IMG/VR virus record: IMGVR_UViG_3300033996_001430
Coordinates: 10,837 to 74,836 of that record
Direction: 5' to 3' (one strand)
Length of the DNA stretch: 64,000 nt
Source of the DNA: a virus
The notes below the pieces were generated by a model, which saw nothing but the letters and a program-made list of their open reading frames with translations, was not told the origin of the DNA and did not search any database. The translations under genes and the position numbers were made by a program. The first letter of the stretch is position 1. Each line of letters opens with the position of its first letter. Shown one piece after another: positions 28,094-36,915 of this stretch.

Positions 28094-28414
28094 TTATTTA
28101 GTTTTATAATCGTTCCACTTCCATCCTAGAAATAGTTTCATACATTTTCTATGTAACCAATTTGGTTTTTTCTCAAAATGAATACAAAACCCTTCGCCAG
28201 CACCAATACAATATTTGCCAACCTTCTTTACTATTTTATTTTCTTCACTTTTTGTAACATATGGTTTTTCTGAGTTATCAACTTGATGATTATCCAAATT
28301 TTCTTCAGTTATTACTTTTTTCTTTCTAGGTTTATAAGTCCTTTTTTTTGGTTTTTTTTCTACTACAGGTCTACCCGTAGTAACCGTTTCTTTTAAAATT
28401 ATTTTTTCTGTCAT
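28094..28414 (-). CDS. basic hypothetical protein
   Basis: KKPNWLHR..LFLGWKW motif. Confidence 0.7.
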   Translation of the reverse strand: MTEKIILKETVTTGRPVVEKKPKKRTYKPRKKKVITEENLDNHQVDNSEKPYVTKSEENKIVKKVGKYCIGAGEGFCIHFEKKPNWLHRKCMKLFLGWKWNDYKTK

Positions 28415-28419
28415 TTTTT

Positions 28420-29148
28420 TTATTTTTTAATTTTTAATACTTCCTTTTTATAGTATTCATCAAATCCATCTAAGTAATTTGTAATACTCTTACTTTTATC
28501 AACTCCAATAACTTCATCTATTAACCCAAACTCCATTGCCTCATCTGAGTTATACCATCTGTCTCTTTCAGAGAAGTCCAACACCTCTTGGAATGTTTTT
28601 CCACAATTCTCAGCCAAAATTTTAAATAAGATGTAATTGTATTTTTCACCTTCCATCTGATCAATACGTGTGTCTTGAATGTTTCCTTGTGTACCATGAC
28701 TTACTTGGTGAGTCATTACTTTAGAATGAATTAAAGATGATCTTTTACCTTTGGTACCTGAAGAAAGTAAAACAGATCCCATTGATGCACACATACCTAA
28801 ATTAGTTGTGACAATATCAGAACTAACATAGTTCATAAGGTCAACAATACCAAGACCACACATCACAGATCCTCCAGGACTATTAAGATACAACGTAATG
28901 TCTTTCTTCTCCACAGAATCCAAAAACAATAATTGAGCTTGTACAATATCAGACATATTTTGATTTACAGGTCCTGATAACCATAATATACGATCACGCA
29001 TCAACCTTGAGAAGATATCAATTTGAGTCGCACGTAACTCTCTTTCCTCCAAAATGTATGGTGTTAATGACGCTTCAAACTGATCTAATGCCATTGAACT
29101 AATCCCTTCGCTTTTTGCAAAACTTCTAAACTCTTTTCCGTAATTCAT
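28420..29148 (-). CDS. clpP: ATP-dependent Clp protease proteolytic subunit
   Basis: DIFSRLMRDRI, YLNSPGGSV, ASMGS, MTHQ, ERD and FGLID. Confidence 0.95.
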   Translation of the reverse strand: MNYGKEFRSFAKSEGISSMALDQFEASLTPYILEERELRATQIDIFSRLMRDRILWLSGPVNQNMSDIVQAQLLFLDSVEKKDITLYLNSPGGSVMCGLGIVDLMNYVSSDIVTTNLGMCASMGSVLLSSGTKGKRSSLIHSKVMTHQVSHGTQGNIQDTRIDQMEGEKYNYILFKILAENCGKTFQEVLDFSERDRWYNSDEAMEFGLIDEVIGVDKSKSITNYLDGFDEYYKKEVLKIKK

Positions 29149-29152
29149 AATA

Positions 29153-29785
29153 TTATAATTTATTTTCTGTGTTTTTTATTTCGTAATAATAGTTGTTTGA
29201 ATCTTCAGATACCCATTTATCCGATTGAGCTTCCACTGACTCAATGTGTGTATCAACTTTTAAACTTGATGGTTCTATTGGGAATGGTTTGGTCACCCAA
29301 TTTGAATCTTTCCAATATATTCTGTTGTTAGGTTGACAAAGTAGATAACCATCATCCGCAATTAGTATATGCCCACACTTATAATCAGATGGTTCATCAG
29401 AATATGGATTTCTATACCAGTCTACTGTCATAAGATAAGTAGCCCAAACTTTTGACCCGTCTTTTAATGCGACCTGACATCTTTTTTCATAAAGATAATC
29501 ATAGGTAATAACACTTACATTTTCAGAGAAACAATCCCATAATTGTTTAAAATCAAATGGAATATCATTTTTAGGTATTTCCATAAAAATTTCAGATATT
29601 GGGACTCTTGATCTTAACATTCCATAATCAGTCATAACATGAAATGTTAATATTTTACCCGCCAATGATTGAACTGCAAATGCATAAGCTTTGTGATAAT
29701 CGTCCTTATCTTCTTCTTTTTTTGTGAAGTGTGATGCTCTCACATAACACTTAAATAATTCAATGTTTTCGTTTAATTTTGACAT
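29153..29785 (-). CDS. conserved hypothetical phage protein (start revised to MSKLNEN)
   Basis: QLWDCFS, YLMTVDW, QPNNRI. Confidence 0.75.
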   Translation of the reverse strand: MSKLNENIELFKCYVRASHFTKKEEDKDDYHKAYAFAVQSLAGKILTFHVMTDYGMLRSRVPISEIFMEIPKNDIPFDFKQLWDCFSENVSVITYDYLYEKRCQVALKDGSKVWATYLMTVDWYRNPYSDEPSDYKCGHILIADDGYLLCQPNNRIYWKDSNWVTKPFPIEPSSLKVDTHIESVEAQSDKWVSEDSNNYYYEIKNTENKL

Positions 29786-29786
29786 T

Positions 29787-30203
29787 TTAATTTTTTTTAA
29801 TCCATTTATTTTCTGAGTCCAGTTCAAACTCCCCAACAAACTCTTGTCTCCATTCAGTTGGTCTTATTAATGATAAGAAATATTCCCCATTATTTCTACG
29901 GTATAGGTAATATTTTTCCCCAACAACAGGTTGGAAATTGTAATTTGATGAGTAAACCATTCTATTCCACTCAAACTCATCAACCAATTTATTATACTCT
30001 TCCTTTATCTCATCATACCTTTTATTGAAGTAATGATTGGTTTTAAGGATCTTTTCATTTTTCCAAGTTGATACATTATCAGGAATTATGACCGGAGACC
30101 CAACATTTGTTGCATATGGAAGAAGATGGGCATAATAACCCTTCTCCTCACTCCATACTGCATTATCGGGGTATTTATTTTCTTTTGGCATATCGTAAGA
30201 CAT
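29787..30203 (-). CDS. DUF2452-like protein
   Basis: LPYATNVGSP, YNFQPVVGEKYYLY, FLSLIRPTEW. Confidence 0.65.
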   Translation of the reverse strand: MSYDMPKENKYPDNAVWSEEKGYYAHLLPYATNVGSPVIIPDNVSTWKNEKILKTNHYFNKRYDEIKEEYNKLVDEFEWNRMVYSSNYNFQPVVGEKYYLYRRNNGEYFLSLIRPTEWRQEFVGEFELDSENKWIKKN

Positions 30204-30257
30204 TACACTTGGTAAATCAGAATACTGACACCATAAATCATCAGTGTGTACCTAAAA

Positions 30258-31310
30258 TTAATTTGATAACGGGAAATATATTTTTGGGTGTGATTGATAA
30301 TTTTCTAAAACAATATCATCCAAAGTATATTCTGAAATATCATTTACTGCCCTTTCAGATAATCTAACATTCGGTAATGGATATGACTCCCTTGTTAATT
30401 GTTCTTTAACACCATCTATATGATTTAAGTAGATATGACAATCACCTAAACTACAAATAACCTCATCAGGAACCATATTGACTTGTTTTGCCAACATCAT
30501 AAGTAACAAAGAATATGAGCTGACGTTATACGGCCATCCAAGTGCCGAATCGACACTGCGTTGGACCCACATTAAAGAGATTGCTCTGGTTGGGATATTA
30601 TGTTTATCCATATATTCCATTGTTTTAGGTTCTTTGTAATGAACTGACACCCAGTTATCTAATTTTTTCATCAACTCATATCTTTCCTCCAAACTCAACT
30701 CTCTTGTATAACATTGAAATCCATAATGACAAGGTGGAAGCACCATCGTGTCCAGTTCTCCAATATTATAAGCATTAACCATCAATCGTCTTGAGTCTGG
30801 GTTTGTTTTAAGGTCACGGATTAGGTTTGCGATTTGGTCAATTCCGTACTCAATCCTTCTTACACCTGCCTCTTTACTCTTATCTTCAACTACATCCCAA
30901 CCTGTATGCCAACTTCTCCATTGCTTACCATACACAGGACCTAAATCACCCCACTTTCTAGCAAACTCATCATCTGTTTTGATATGTTCAATAAAATCTT
31001 CTTTACTCTTTGGCCATCTTACTTCATCACTATCAACATATCTCTTATAAGCATCACCATCCCAAATATGACAATCATTATCAACAAGGTATTTGATGTT
31101 GGTATCACCTCTTAAAAACCATAGTAATTCAGTTACCATAGTTTTCCAAGCCATCTTCTTGGTTGTAAGAAGTGGAAATCCATCTTTCATATTATGACGA
31201 ATCTGTCTACCGAATACAGATAATGTTCCTCCGTTTCTAGTTTCTTTTTTTACTCCGTTATCAAGAATGTCTTGAAGGAGTGATTGGTATGATTTATCTA
31301 GGTTGTTCAT
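30258..31310 (-). CDS. thyA: thymidylate synthase
   Basis: FPLLTTKK, ELLWFLRG, LGPVYGKQWR, LPPCH, QRSVD..PYN, HIYLNH. Confidence 0.95.
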   Translation of the reverse strand: MNNLDKSYQSLLQDILDNGVKKETRNGGTLSVFGRQIRHNMKDGFPLLTTKKMAWKTMVTELLWFLRGDTNIKYLVDNDCHIWDGDAYKRYVDSDEVRWPKSKEDFIEHIKTDDEFARKWGDLGPVYGKQWRSWHTGWDVVEDKSKEAGVRRIEYGIDQIANLIRDLKTNPDSRRLMVNAYNIGELDTMVLPPCHYGFQCYTRELSLEERYELMKKLDNWVSVHYKEPKTMEYMDKHNIPTRAISLMWVQRSVDSALGWPYNVSSYSLLLMMLAKQVNMVPDEVICSLGDCHIYLNHIDGVKEQLTRESYPLPNVRLSERAVNDISEYTLDDIVLENYQSHPKIYFPLSN

Positions 31311-31332
31311 ATTTTTCTATTGTTTATCTAAT

Positions 31333-31647
31333 TTATTCACAACTTTCGGTATTAAATTCAGTTTCGTCAGGAGTTTCCTCAATCATAGGTTGGTTTTCTA
31401 ATCTCTCAATTACTATGTTAATTGCTTCAGGATAATGAGTATATCCCTGTCCGAAATTAATTCCCGTTAGTCCCAATACCTCATTGTTAATGTAATGTCG
31501 GTTTTTACCCTTACCTTTTAAAATCTCGTGGTCCATTGAAACATCGTTCCAATCTCTCAATACAAGTCCAGTACCACTAGGTTCCTTGTAATGTAACCTA
31601 ATGATATTGTTATGACTAAAGTTCTTAATAAATTCTCCTAGTGTCAT
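31333..31647 (-). CDS. hypothetical protein
   Basis: ORF in operon. Confidence 0.7.
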   Translation of the reverse strand: MTLGEFIKNFSHNNIIRLHYKEPSGTGLVLRDWNDVSMDHEILKGKGKNRHYINNEVLGLTGINFGQGYTHYPEAINIVIERLENQPMIEETPDETEFNTESCE

Positions 31648-31661
31648 ATTATTTTATTTAT

Positions 31662-31904
31662 TTAATTGATGTCTTCCAATCCATCAATTTTATCTCTCAA
31701 TGTGTTGATCGTTGAATGGACATATTCATCAAGTTCATGAGATACCTCCAAATACTTTCTTCTCAGTTCGTGGAACTTTTCATCCTGAACTTCTTTGAAT
31801 GATGAGTAATGTTTGAAACAATAGTGGAAACCTTCATTCTCCATTCTATAACGAACCATTTCAATTTCCTCTAATTGATTTTCTAATCTTTCTAAATCAC
31901 TCAT
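31662..31904 (-). CDS. hypothetical protein
   Basis: EGFHYCFKHYS..FHELR. Confidence 0.7.
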   Translation of the reverse strand: MSDLERLENQLEEIEMVRYRMENEGFHYCFKHYSSFKEVQDEKFHELRRKYLEVSHELDEYVHSTINTLRDKIDGLEDIN

Positions 31905-31995
31905 TTCTTTAAAAATATATTTAATATAGATTGTTTTACCACATTAAGATAGTACAAACAGACAAACAAATAAATCTTTATCTTCTTCATTTGTT

Positions 31996-32406
31996 TTATA
32001 CGGTGTGTTCTATATGAACTCTCACACAATTCTGAGGCATTCTATTCAAGTGTCTGTAATTGTTGATGTATCCCATCATATTACCGCTACCTACGGCATT
32101 TGCAGAGTGGATCACAACTTCTACTACAGGTTTACCATCCAACCATTGGTTAACCAACCATTTGGTGCAATCCATACCAGTTTTCTCAGTGATGTTATCG
32201 TAATTGATTATGTAGTTTTTCACAACACCGTAGTGCCATTCCGCCATCGCACTATCACCTAAGTCGTGATCCAACGATATTAATTCAATATTCTCCAACC
32301 CAATTGAGTTGATCTTTTGAACGAACTCATCATAAGAACGTACAACGATCCAACTTGGATCCACTGGCGTTCTTACATCATCTAAATAAATTCTAACTTT
32401 GTCCAT
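31996..32406 (-). CDS. cyclic-phosphate-processing receiver-like domain protein
   Basis: YLDDVR, ISLDHDLG, KTGMDC..WL, IHSAN; TATATTTG 4 nt upstream. Confidence 0.8.
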   Translation of the reverse strand: MDKVRIYLDDVRTPVDPSWIVVRSYDEFVQKINSIGLENIELISLDHDLGDSAMAEWHYGVVKNYIINYDNITEKTGMDCTKWLVNQWLDGKPVVEVVIHSANAVGSGNMMGYINNYRHLNRMPQNCVRVHIEHTV

Positions 32407-32421
32407 ATTACAAATATACTT

Positions 32422-32724
32422 TTATTTTTTTATTAAACCTAATTCTAACCGATATTCTTTAATCTTAACTCTTGCTTCCTGATATTGATCACCATTATTG
32501 GCTTGATGACCTTTTGAAACCGCAAGAGTAATTTCCATTTCATTATCAATAATGTAAGATATTTTTTCCTGATCCGTTAGTTCACATGGTGTTATTTCAT
32601 TCTTAATATAAGTTAAGATCAATTGTTTAATGTTAAGAACCTGTTTGTTAGGGTTGGTTTTACCATTATAACTCATAACAGAAGAATCGTAGATATACTT
32701 ACATAGTTGTTGTAGTTTATCCAT
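32422..32724 (-). CDS. hypothetical protein
   Basis: ORF in operon. Confidence 0.7.
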   Translation of the reverse strand: MDKLQQLCKYIYDSSVMSYNGKTNPNKQVLNIKQLILTYIKNEITPCELTDQEKISYIIDNEMEITLAVSKGHQANNGDQYQEARVKIKEYRLELGLIKK

Positions 32725-32729
32725 TTCAA

Positions 32730-32990
32730 TTATATTAACTCAAATTCTTTATTTACCAATTCTATTTCTTTATTCAATCTTTCAAGTTCTTTGGATATCA
32801 TTTCTATGATAATCTCCTTGTTATTAAAACTTACATCACCTTTTACCATAAACGGTCCAGGATTCGTAAACTCAATTTTTACCCCCAACCCACAACCTTT
32901 AAGAGCACCTTCTAGTTTGTATTTTTGTCTTTCCAATCTATCAAGATTTTCTTTGATTATTTTTGCCTGTTCAAATTTTTCTATTTCCAT
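32730..32990 (-). CDS. hypothetical coiled-coil protein
   Basis: ORF in operon. Confidence 0.7.
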   Translation of the reverse strand: MEIEKFEQAKIIKENLDRLERQKYKLEGALKGCGLGVKIEFTNPGPFMVKGDVSFNNKEIIIEMISKELERLNKEIELVNKEFELI

Positions 32991-33108
32991 TTTTATATTT
33001 TTTACGTAAGTATTCTTCCCAAACTTCTTGTTTTATTCCGTTCACAAAAAACCAACCAAGATTTAATTCAAACCATTTATTAATCCGATAAAAAGTTTTT
33101 TTGATCAT
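32971..33108 (-). CDS. small hypothetical protein (45 aa, not in ORF track)
   Basis: MIKKTFYRINKWFELNLGWFFVNG.. Confidence 0.6.
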   Translation of the reverse strand: MIKKTFYRINKWFELNLGWFFVNGIKQEVWEEYLRKKYKNGNRKI

Positions 33109-33110
33109 AT

Positions 33111-33497
33111 TTAAAAATTTCTTAATTTTTGATAATCTTCTTTGGTTAAAACAATTTCATTTAAATCTGAGTTTAAACCTCTAATGGTTTTCCAAGCTTC
33201 CTTAACTCTACCCCACAAAGATTTATTCCCATAAGTTTTATAAAACGTTATGTAATAATCGGTATCATCATTGAACTTGTCAACAGACATACAGGTACAA
33301 TTGTCAACACATTTAACAATTACTTCAGATCTTTCATTGTTTTCAACTTTCATCCTATTAATGTTGTCATTAATTTCCTTTAATTCAATTTCATCCAATA
33401 TGACTTTTAATCTGATCATGTAGTCATAGGTAGGTTTTTCACCGTATATGTTAATAAGACGATTGTAAATAAATTGTAAGTGTTCTCTTTTTATCAT
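33111..33497 (-). CDS. hypothetical protein
   Basis: ORF in operon. Confidence 0.7.
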   Translation of the reverse strand: MIKREHLQFIYNRLINIYGEKPTYDYMIRLKVILDEIELKEINDNINRMKVENNERSEVIVKCVDNCTCMSVDKFNDDTDYYITFYKTYGNKSLWGRVKEAWKTIRGLNSDLNEIVLTKEDYQKLRNF

Positions 33498-33500
33498 TTT

Positions 33501-35399
33501 TTATTTCTTTAAATTAATTACACCATTTTCAATAACATCATTAACCATTGATTTTTGCATATATTCTGTCCCTAAAGTGTGTTTCACTCCATTTTGGATA
33601 ATATCATTAAACCTTTCATCACCATCTAACCAATCACCATCTTCAGTGTGTTTCACCCCATTTTGAATGGTATCTTTAACAGTGTTTTCTCGTGAAAGTT
33701 TAAGATCTATGGTGTTTTTCACCCCATTTTGGATTATTTCTTCAACTTGCCAATCAATATATTGTGTCATTGGGGAAATATTTCTCACCCCATTTTGAAT
33801 GGTATCTTCAACTCCTGATTGAATCGATTCAGGCAAAAACAGGGTGTTTTTCACCCCATTTTGAATGGTATCTTCAACAAGCTTCTTATTTTCAAAAATC
33901 TTTGGACTGGTGTTTTTCACCCCATTTTTAATAGCATCTTCAACTTTATTATATTGTGCCCACCCAATCTCGATGTGTTTCACCCCATTTTGAATGGTAT
34001 CTTCAACCGCACAATCATTAAAGATGTCACCAATAACGGTGTGTTTAACTCCATTTTGAATGGTGTCTTTAACAACGCTGCTTCGTCGTAGACAAATATC
34101 CCCGATCTCTTTAACCCCATTTTGAATGGTATCTTCAACTGAAGTGACTGTCAGTTTTGACAATGGAAAGGCGTACTTCACCCCATTTTGAATGGTATTT
34201 TCAACGCTTTTGGGACAATCTGTACTTGAACGATTGGTGCGTTTCACCCCATTTTGAATGGTATCTTCAACTGCCAATGGTCTAACCCCTTTATGTAATT
34301 CAGTTTCCTTCACCCCATTTTGAATGGTATCTTTAACTCTCAACTTGTTCTTTTGTCCATTTTGGATGGTTTCTTTCACCCCATTTTGAATGATATCTTC
34401 AACATCATATTTACAGTTTCCAACAGAACTGGAGATGTATTTTATCCCATTTTGAATGGCATCTTCAACCTCAAACGAATCTTCTTCCTCTATCATTCGG
34501 GTGTATTTCACCCCATTTTGAATAATATCTCCAACCAGTTCCGGATGAAGATGACCAACCGTAGATGTGCGTTTCACCCCATTTTGAATGGTGTCTTCAA
34601 CTCTTTGGTGTTTCTTCCTGAAGTTCCTTCTGGTGCGTTTCACCCCATTTTGAATGGTGTCTTCAACTATCTGATGCAATGGATGATGATTTACCTTGAT
34701 GTGTTTCACCCCATTTTGAATGGTATCTTCAACTCGTGTTGCGTTCTCTTTCCCTATATCTGAGGTGAGTTTCACCCCATTTTGAATGGTATCTTCAACT
34801 GAATCGGGTTGTTCAGAATAGTAAGTAGAGGTGTATCTAACCCCATTTTGAATGGTGTCTTCAACTATAATGCTCAATGGTTCCAACGTACGATTGGTGT
34901 GTTTTACCCCATTTTGAATGGTATCTTCAACTACACTATTAATACGGATAATCGCTTTATTGGTGTGTTTCACCCCATTTTGAATGGTATCTTCAACACC
35001 CATGCACATCCACGGATTACTTTCTTCGGTGTGTTTCACCCCATTTTGAATGGTATCTTCAACTCTTTTCTCAGCATTAGCATTTGTTATGCTGGTGTGT
35101 CTCACCCCATTTTGAATGGTATCTTCAACCACCTCAGGTTTAAGAAATCTTGACTCAAACCATTCGGTTATATATTCTTGATTTTCCATAAGATCTAAAG
35201 ATATTCCCTTAAATAAAGATTTAAATAAATTGTAGTTATACCACAATGTTTTTTCTTTAGTAAATTCAACCATCCATTTTAATTCTTCGGTATTAATTAA
35301 CCAAAAAGATCCATTATGGTTGTATATGTCCATGCCATTTGTGACATCATTAATGATCTCAAATAAACATTCTTTTCTTTTTATTTTTTTATAATCCAT
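33501..35399 (-). CDS. 90-aa N-terminal domain plus 25 VEDTIQNGVK(H)T repeats separated by unique ~10-aa inserts
   Basis: 632-aa open frame; spacer lengths are all multiples of 3; repeat variation is largely synonymous or conservative. Confidence 0.8.
   Translation of the reverse strand: MDYKKIKRKECLFEIINDVTNGMDIYNHNGSFWLINTEELKWMVEFTKEKTLWYNYNLFKSLFKGISLDLMENQEYITEWFESRFLKPEVVEDTIQNGVRHTSITNANAEKRVEDTIQNGVKHTEESNPWMCMGVEDTIQNGVKHTNKAIIRINSVVEDTIQNGVKHTNRTLEPLSIIVEDTIQNGVRYTSTYYSEQPDSVEDTIQNGVKLTSDIGKENATRVEDTIQNGVKHIKVNHHPLHQIVEDTIQNGVKRTRRNFRKKHQRVEDTIQNGVKRTSTVGHLHPELVGDIIQNGVKYTRMIEEEDSFEVEDAIQNGIKYISSSVGNCKYDVEDIIQNGVKETIQNGQKNKLRVKDTIQNGVKETELHKGVRPLAVEDTIQNGVKRTNRSSTDCPKSVENTIQNGVKYAFPLSKLTVTSVEDTIQNGVKEIGDICLRRSSVVKDTIQNGVKHTVIGDIFNDCAVEDTIQNGVKHIEIGWAQYNKVEDAIKNGVKNTSPKIFENKKLVEDTIQNGVKNTLFLPESIQSGVEDTIQNGVRNISPMTQYIDWQVEEIIQNGVKNTIDLKLSRENTVKDTIQNGVKHTEDGDWLDGDERFNDIIQNGVKHTLGTEYMQKSMVNDVIENGVINLKK
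33510..35129. repeat. CRISPR-like repeat-spacer array inside a coding sequence
   Basis: 25 copies of consensus GGTGTGTTTCACCCCATTTTGAATGGTATCTTCAAC (+ strand), 66-nt period, 24 unrelated spacers (30 nt; one 27, one 33), most degenerate at the low-coordinate end; no cas gene in window. Confidence 0.9.
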
Positions 35400-35456
35400 T
35401 TTCTAATGTATTTGGGTAATATAAAACTTATTTATATTTCTTAAAGATACTAAAAA

Positions 35457-36200
35457 TTATTTGTATTTCCAAATAAAACCTTGTGACTTTTTATATCCTT
35501 TCCTTAAACAATTATTTATTGCTTTGTAAGATAATTCTAATTCTTTTGAAGCAATTAAAGCATTCGTCCATTCTTTAATAAATTCATTGTCTAATGAAAA
35601 TTGTAAAACAGGTTTAGATTTAGCGTGAGGTAATCCGGTTCGTTCTAAATATCTTTTATAATTATTATTTTTACCCTTTGCGGATTCACTCATTTTAGTT
35701 TTTGTTTCGGAGGTCTTTAATTTACCCTTCCAAAATTCACTCATCTTCTTTTTTGTTTCATCGGTAATTTTTTTACCAAGAGCTGATTGACTCATTTTCT
35801 TTTTTGACTCTTCATTATGTTTCCTACCGTACCAAAATGGTTTTAATGTCCCATTCAAAACTAACTCATCATCTTTTGGTACTCTATAAACTTTACCATT
35901 TTCACCCATATATTGTCCCAAACCAACAGTTTTAAAACCAACATCAGGAATATGGGCATTCCTGTTTAATTTATCGGAAATATGTTCAATGATTAACTCT
36001 CGTTCATATCTAATACAATCTTCTCTATTAATAAAATCACATTTAATAATAGTTTTAATTAATTTTTTTTTATCTGTTTTCCAAGACCTCATAGACCCCA
36101 TATAATAAACATCTTTAGTTGGTTCAACTTTAGATGTTCTACTACCAAAATAAAATTCTTTTGTTTTCGGTAATTCTAATTTATAAACATAATGATACAT
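35457..36200 (-). mobile_element. GIY-YIG-type homing endonuclease with NUMOD3/NUMOD1 motifs
   Basis: YVYK..FYFGSR; H.EESKKKMS repeats; KPVLQF..GFIWKY. Confidence 0.8.
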
Positions 36201-36250
36201 ATCTTATAAATATATTACGACATCCAAAAGAAAAATTTAAATGTTATAAA

Positions 36251-36850
36251 TTATAATGATTTAGGATAATATAATAATGTTGGGTTTTTTTTTACAATAT
36301 CTATATCAGGATATACATTACTAAACTGCAAGACATCAAATCTATCGGTAATCAAATGATATCCGTTTTTGGTAGGGATTTCACTTATGATTTTATCTTT
36401 CCCAAAAGGAGCACAACTGTCAATTGCAAGTTTAACCTTTAATAACTCTTTGTTGTCCTTACTATCAACATCAACAATCCACCTCTTCTCGTTGGTCTTT
36501 ATTTGTCCAACAACTGAGTCAAACAAACCTTTCTGAATGTGTTGTCCGTTTTTAATTCTTTCAGCCAAGGACATCATCATCTCCAATGAAACATCCTTAT
36601 GGTTTTGTTTCTGAACGTGAATGTATGCACGAGCCTTAAACATCTCACAAAGTTGTTTAATCTCATCATATCGTTTCTCCAAGTATTCAATAGAATCAAC
36701 ACAATAAGTTTTGATGGTACGAACTGATTGGTGGTTGTCTCTCTCACCTTCAGGTTGATCTTTCTTACGTTTGAATACATACAACATATAGAAATCACCA
36801 TCGTCAGTGAAGTTAAGTAATGGTTTTATAAGTTCAATATTGTTAATCAT
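36251..36850 (-). CDS. possible AEP (primase-polymerase) superfamily protein
   Basis: WIVDVD and PTKNGYHLI resemble AEP motifs I and II. Confidence 0.4.
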   Translation of the reverse strand: MINNIELIKPLLNFTDDGDFYMLYVFKRKKDQPEGERDNHQSVRTIKTYCVDSIEYLEKRYDEIKQLCEMFKARAYIHVQKQNHKDVSLEMMMSLAERIKNGQHIQKGLFDSVVGQIKTNEKRWIVDVDSKDNKELLKVKLAIDSCAPFGKDKIISEIPTKNGYHLITDRFDVLQFSNVYPDIDIVKKNPTLLYYPKSL

Positions 36851-36915
36851 GTTTGTATTTCTATAAATAATATTTTACAAATATACAAATATTATCAGTA
36901 CCAATCTAATTTATT

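Noticed and set aside
33510-35129. Canonical CRISPR-Cas locus
   Set aside because: No cas genes in the window and no non-coding leader next to the array; spacer lengths vary only by multiples of 3 and the frame stays open. Reported as CRISPR-like instead.
33819-35153. Plus-strand ORFs 33819-34091, 34320-34763 and 34809-35153
   Set aside because: Antisense shadows of the repeat, broken by stops in spacers.
33501-35399. Diversity-generating retroelement target
   Set aside because: No reverse transcriptase or template/variable repeat pair seen in the window, and spacers differ at all bases rather than only at adenines.
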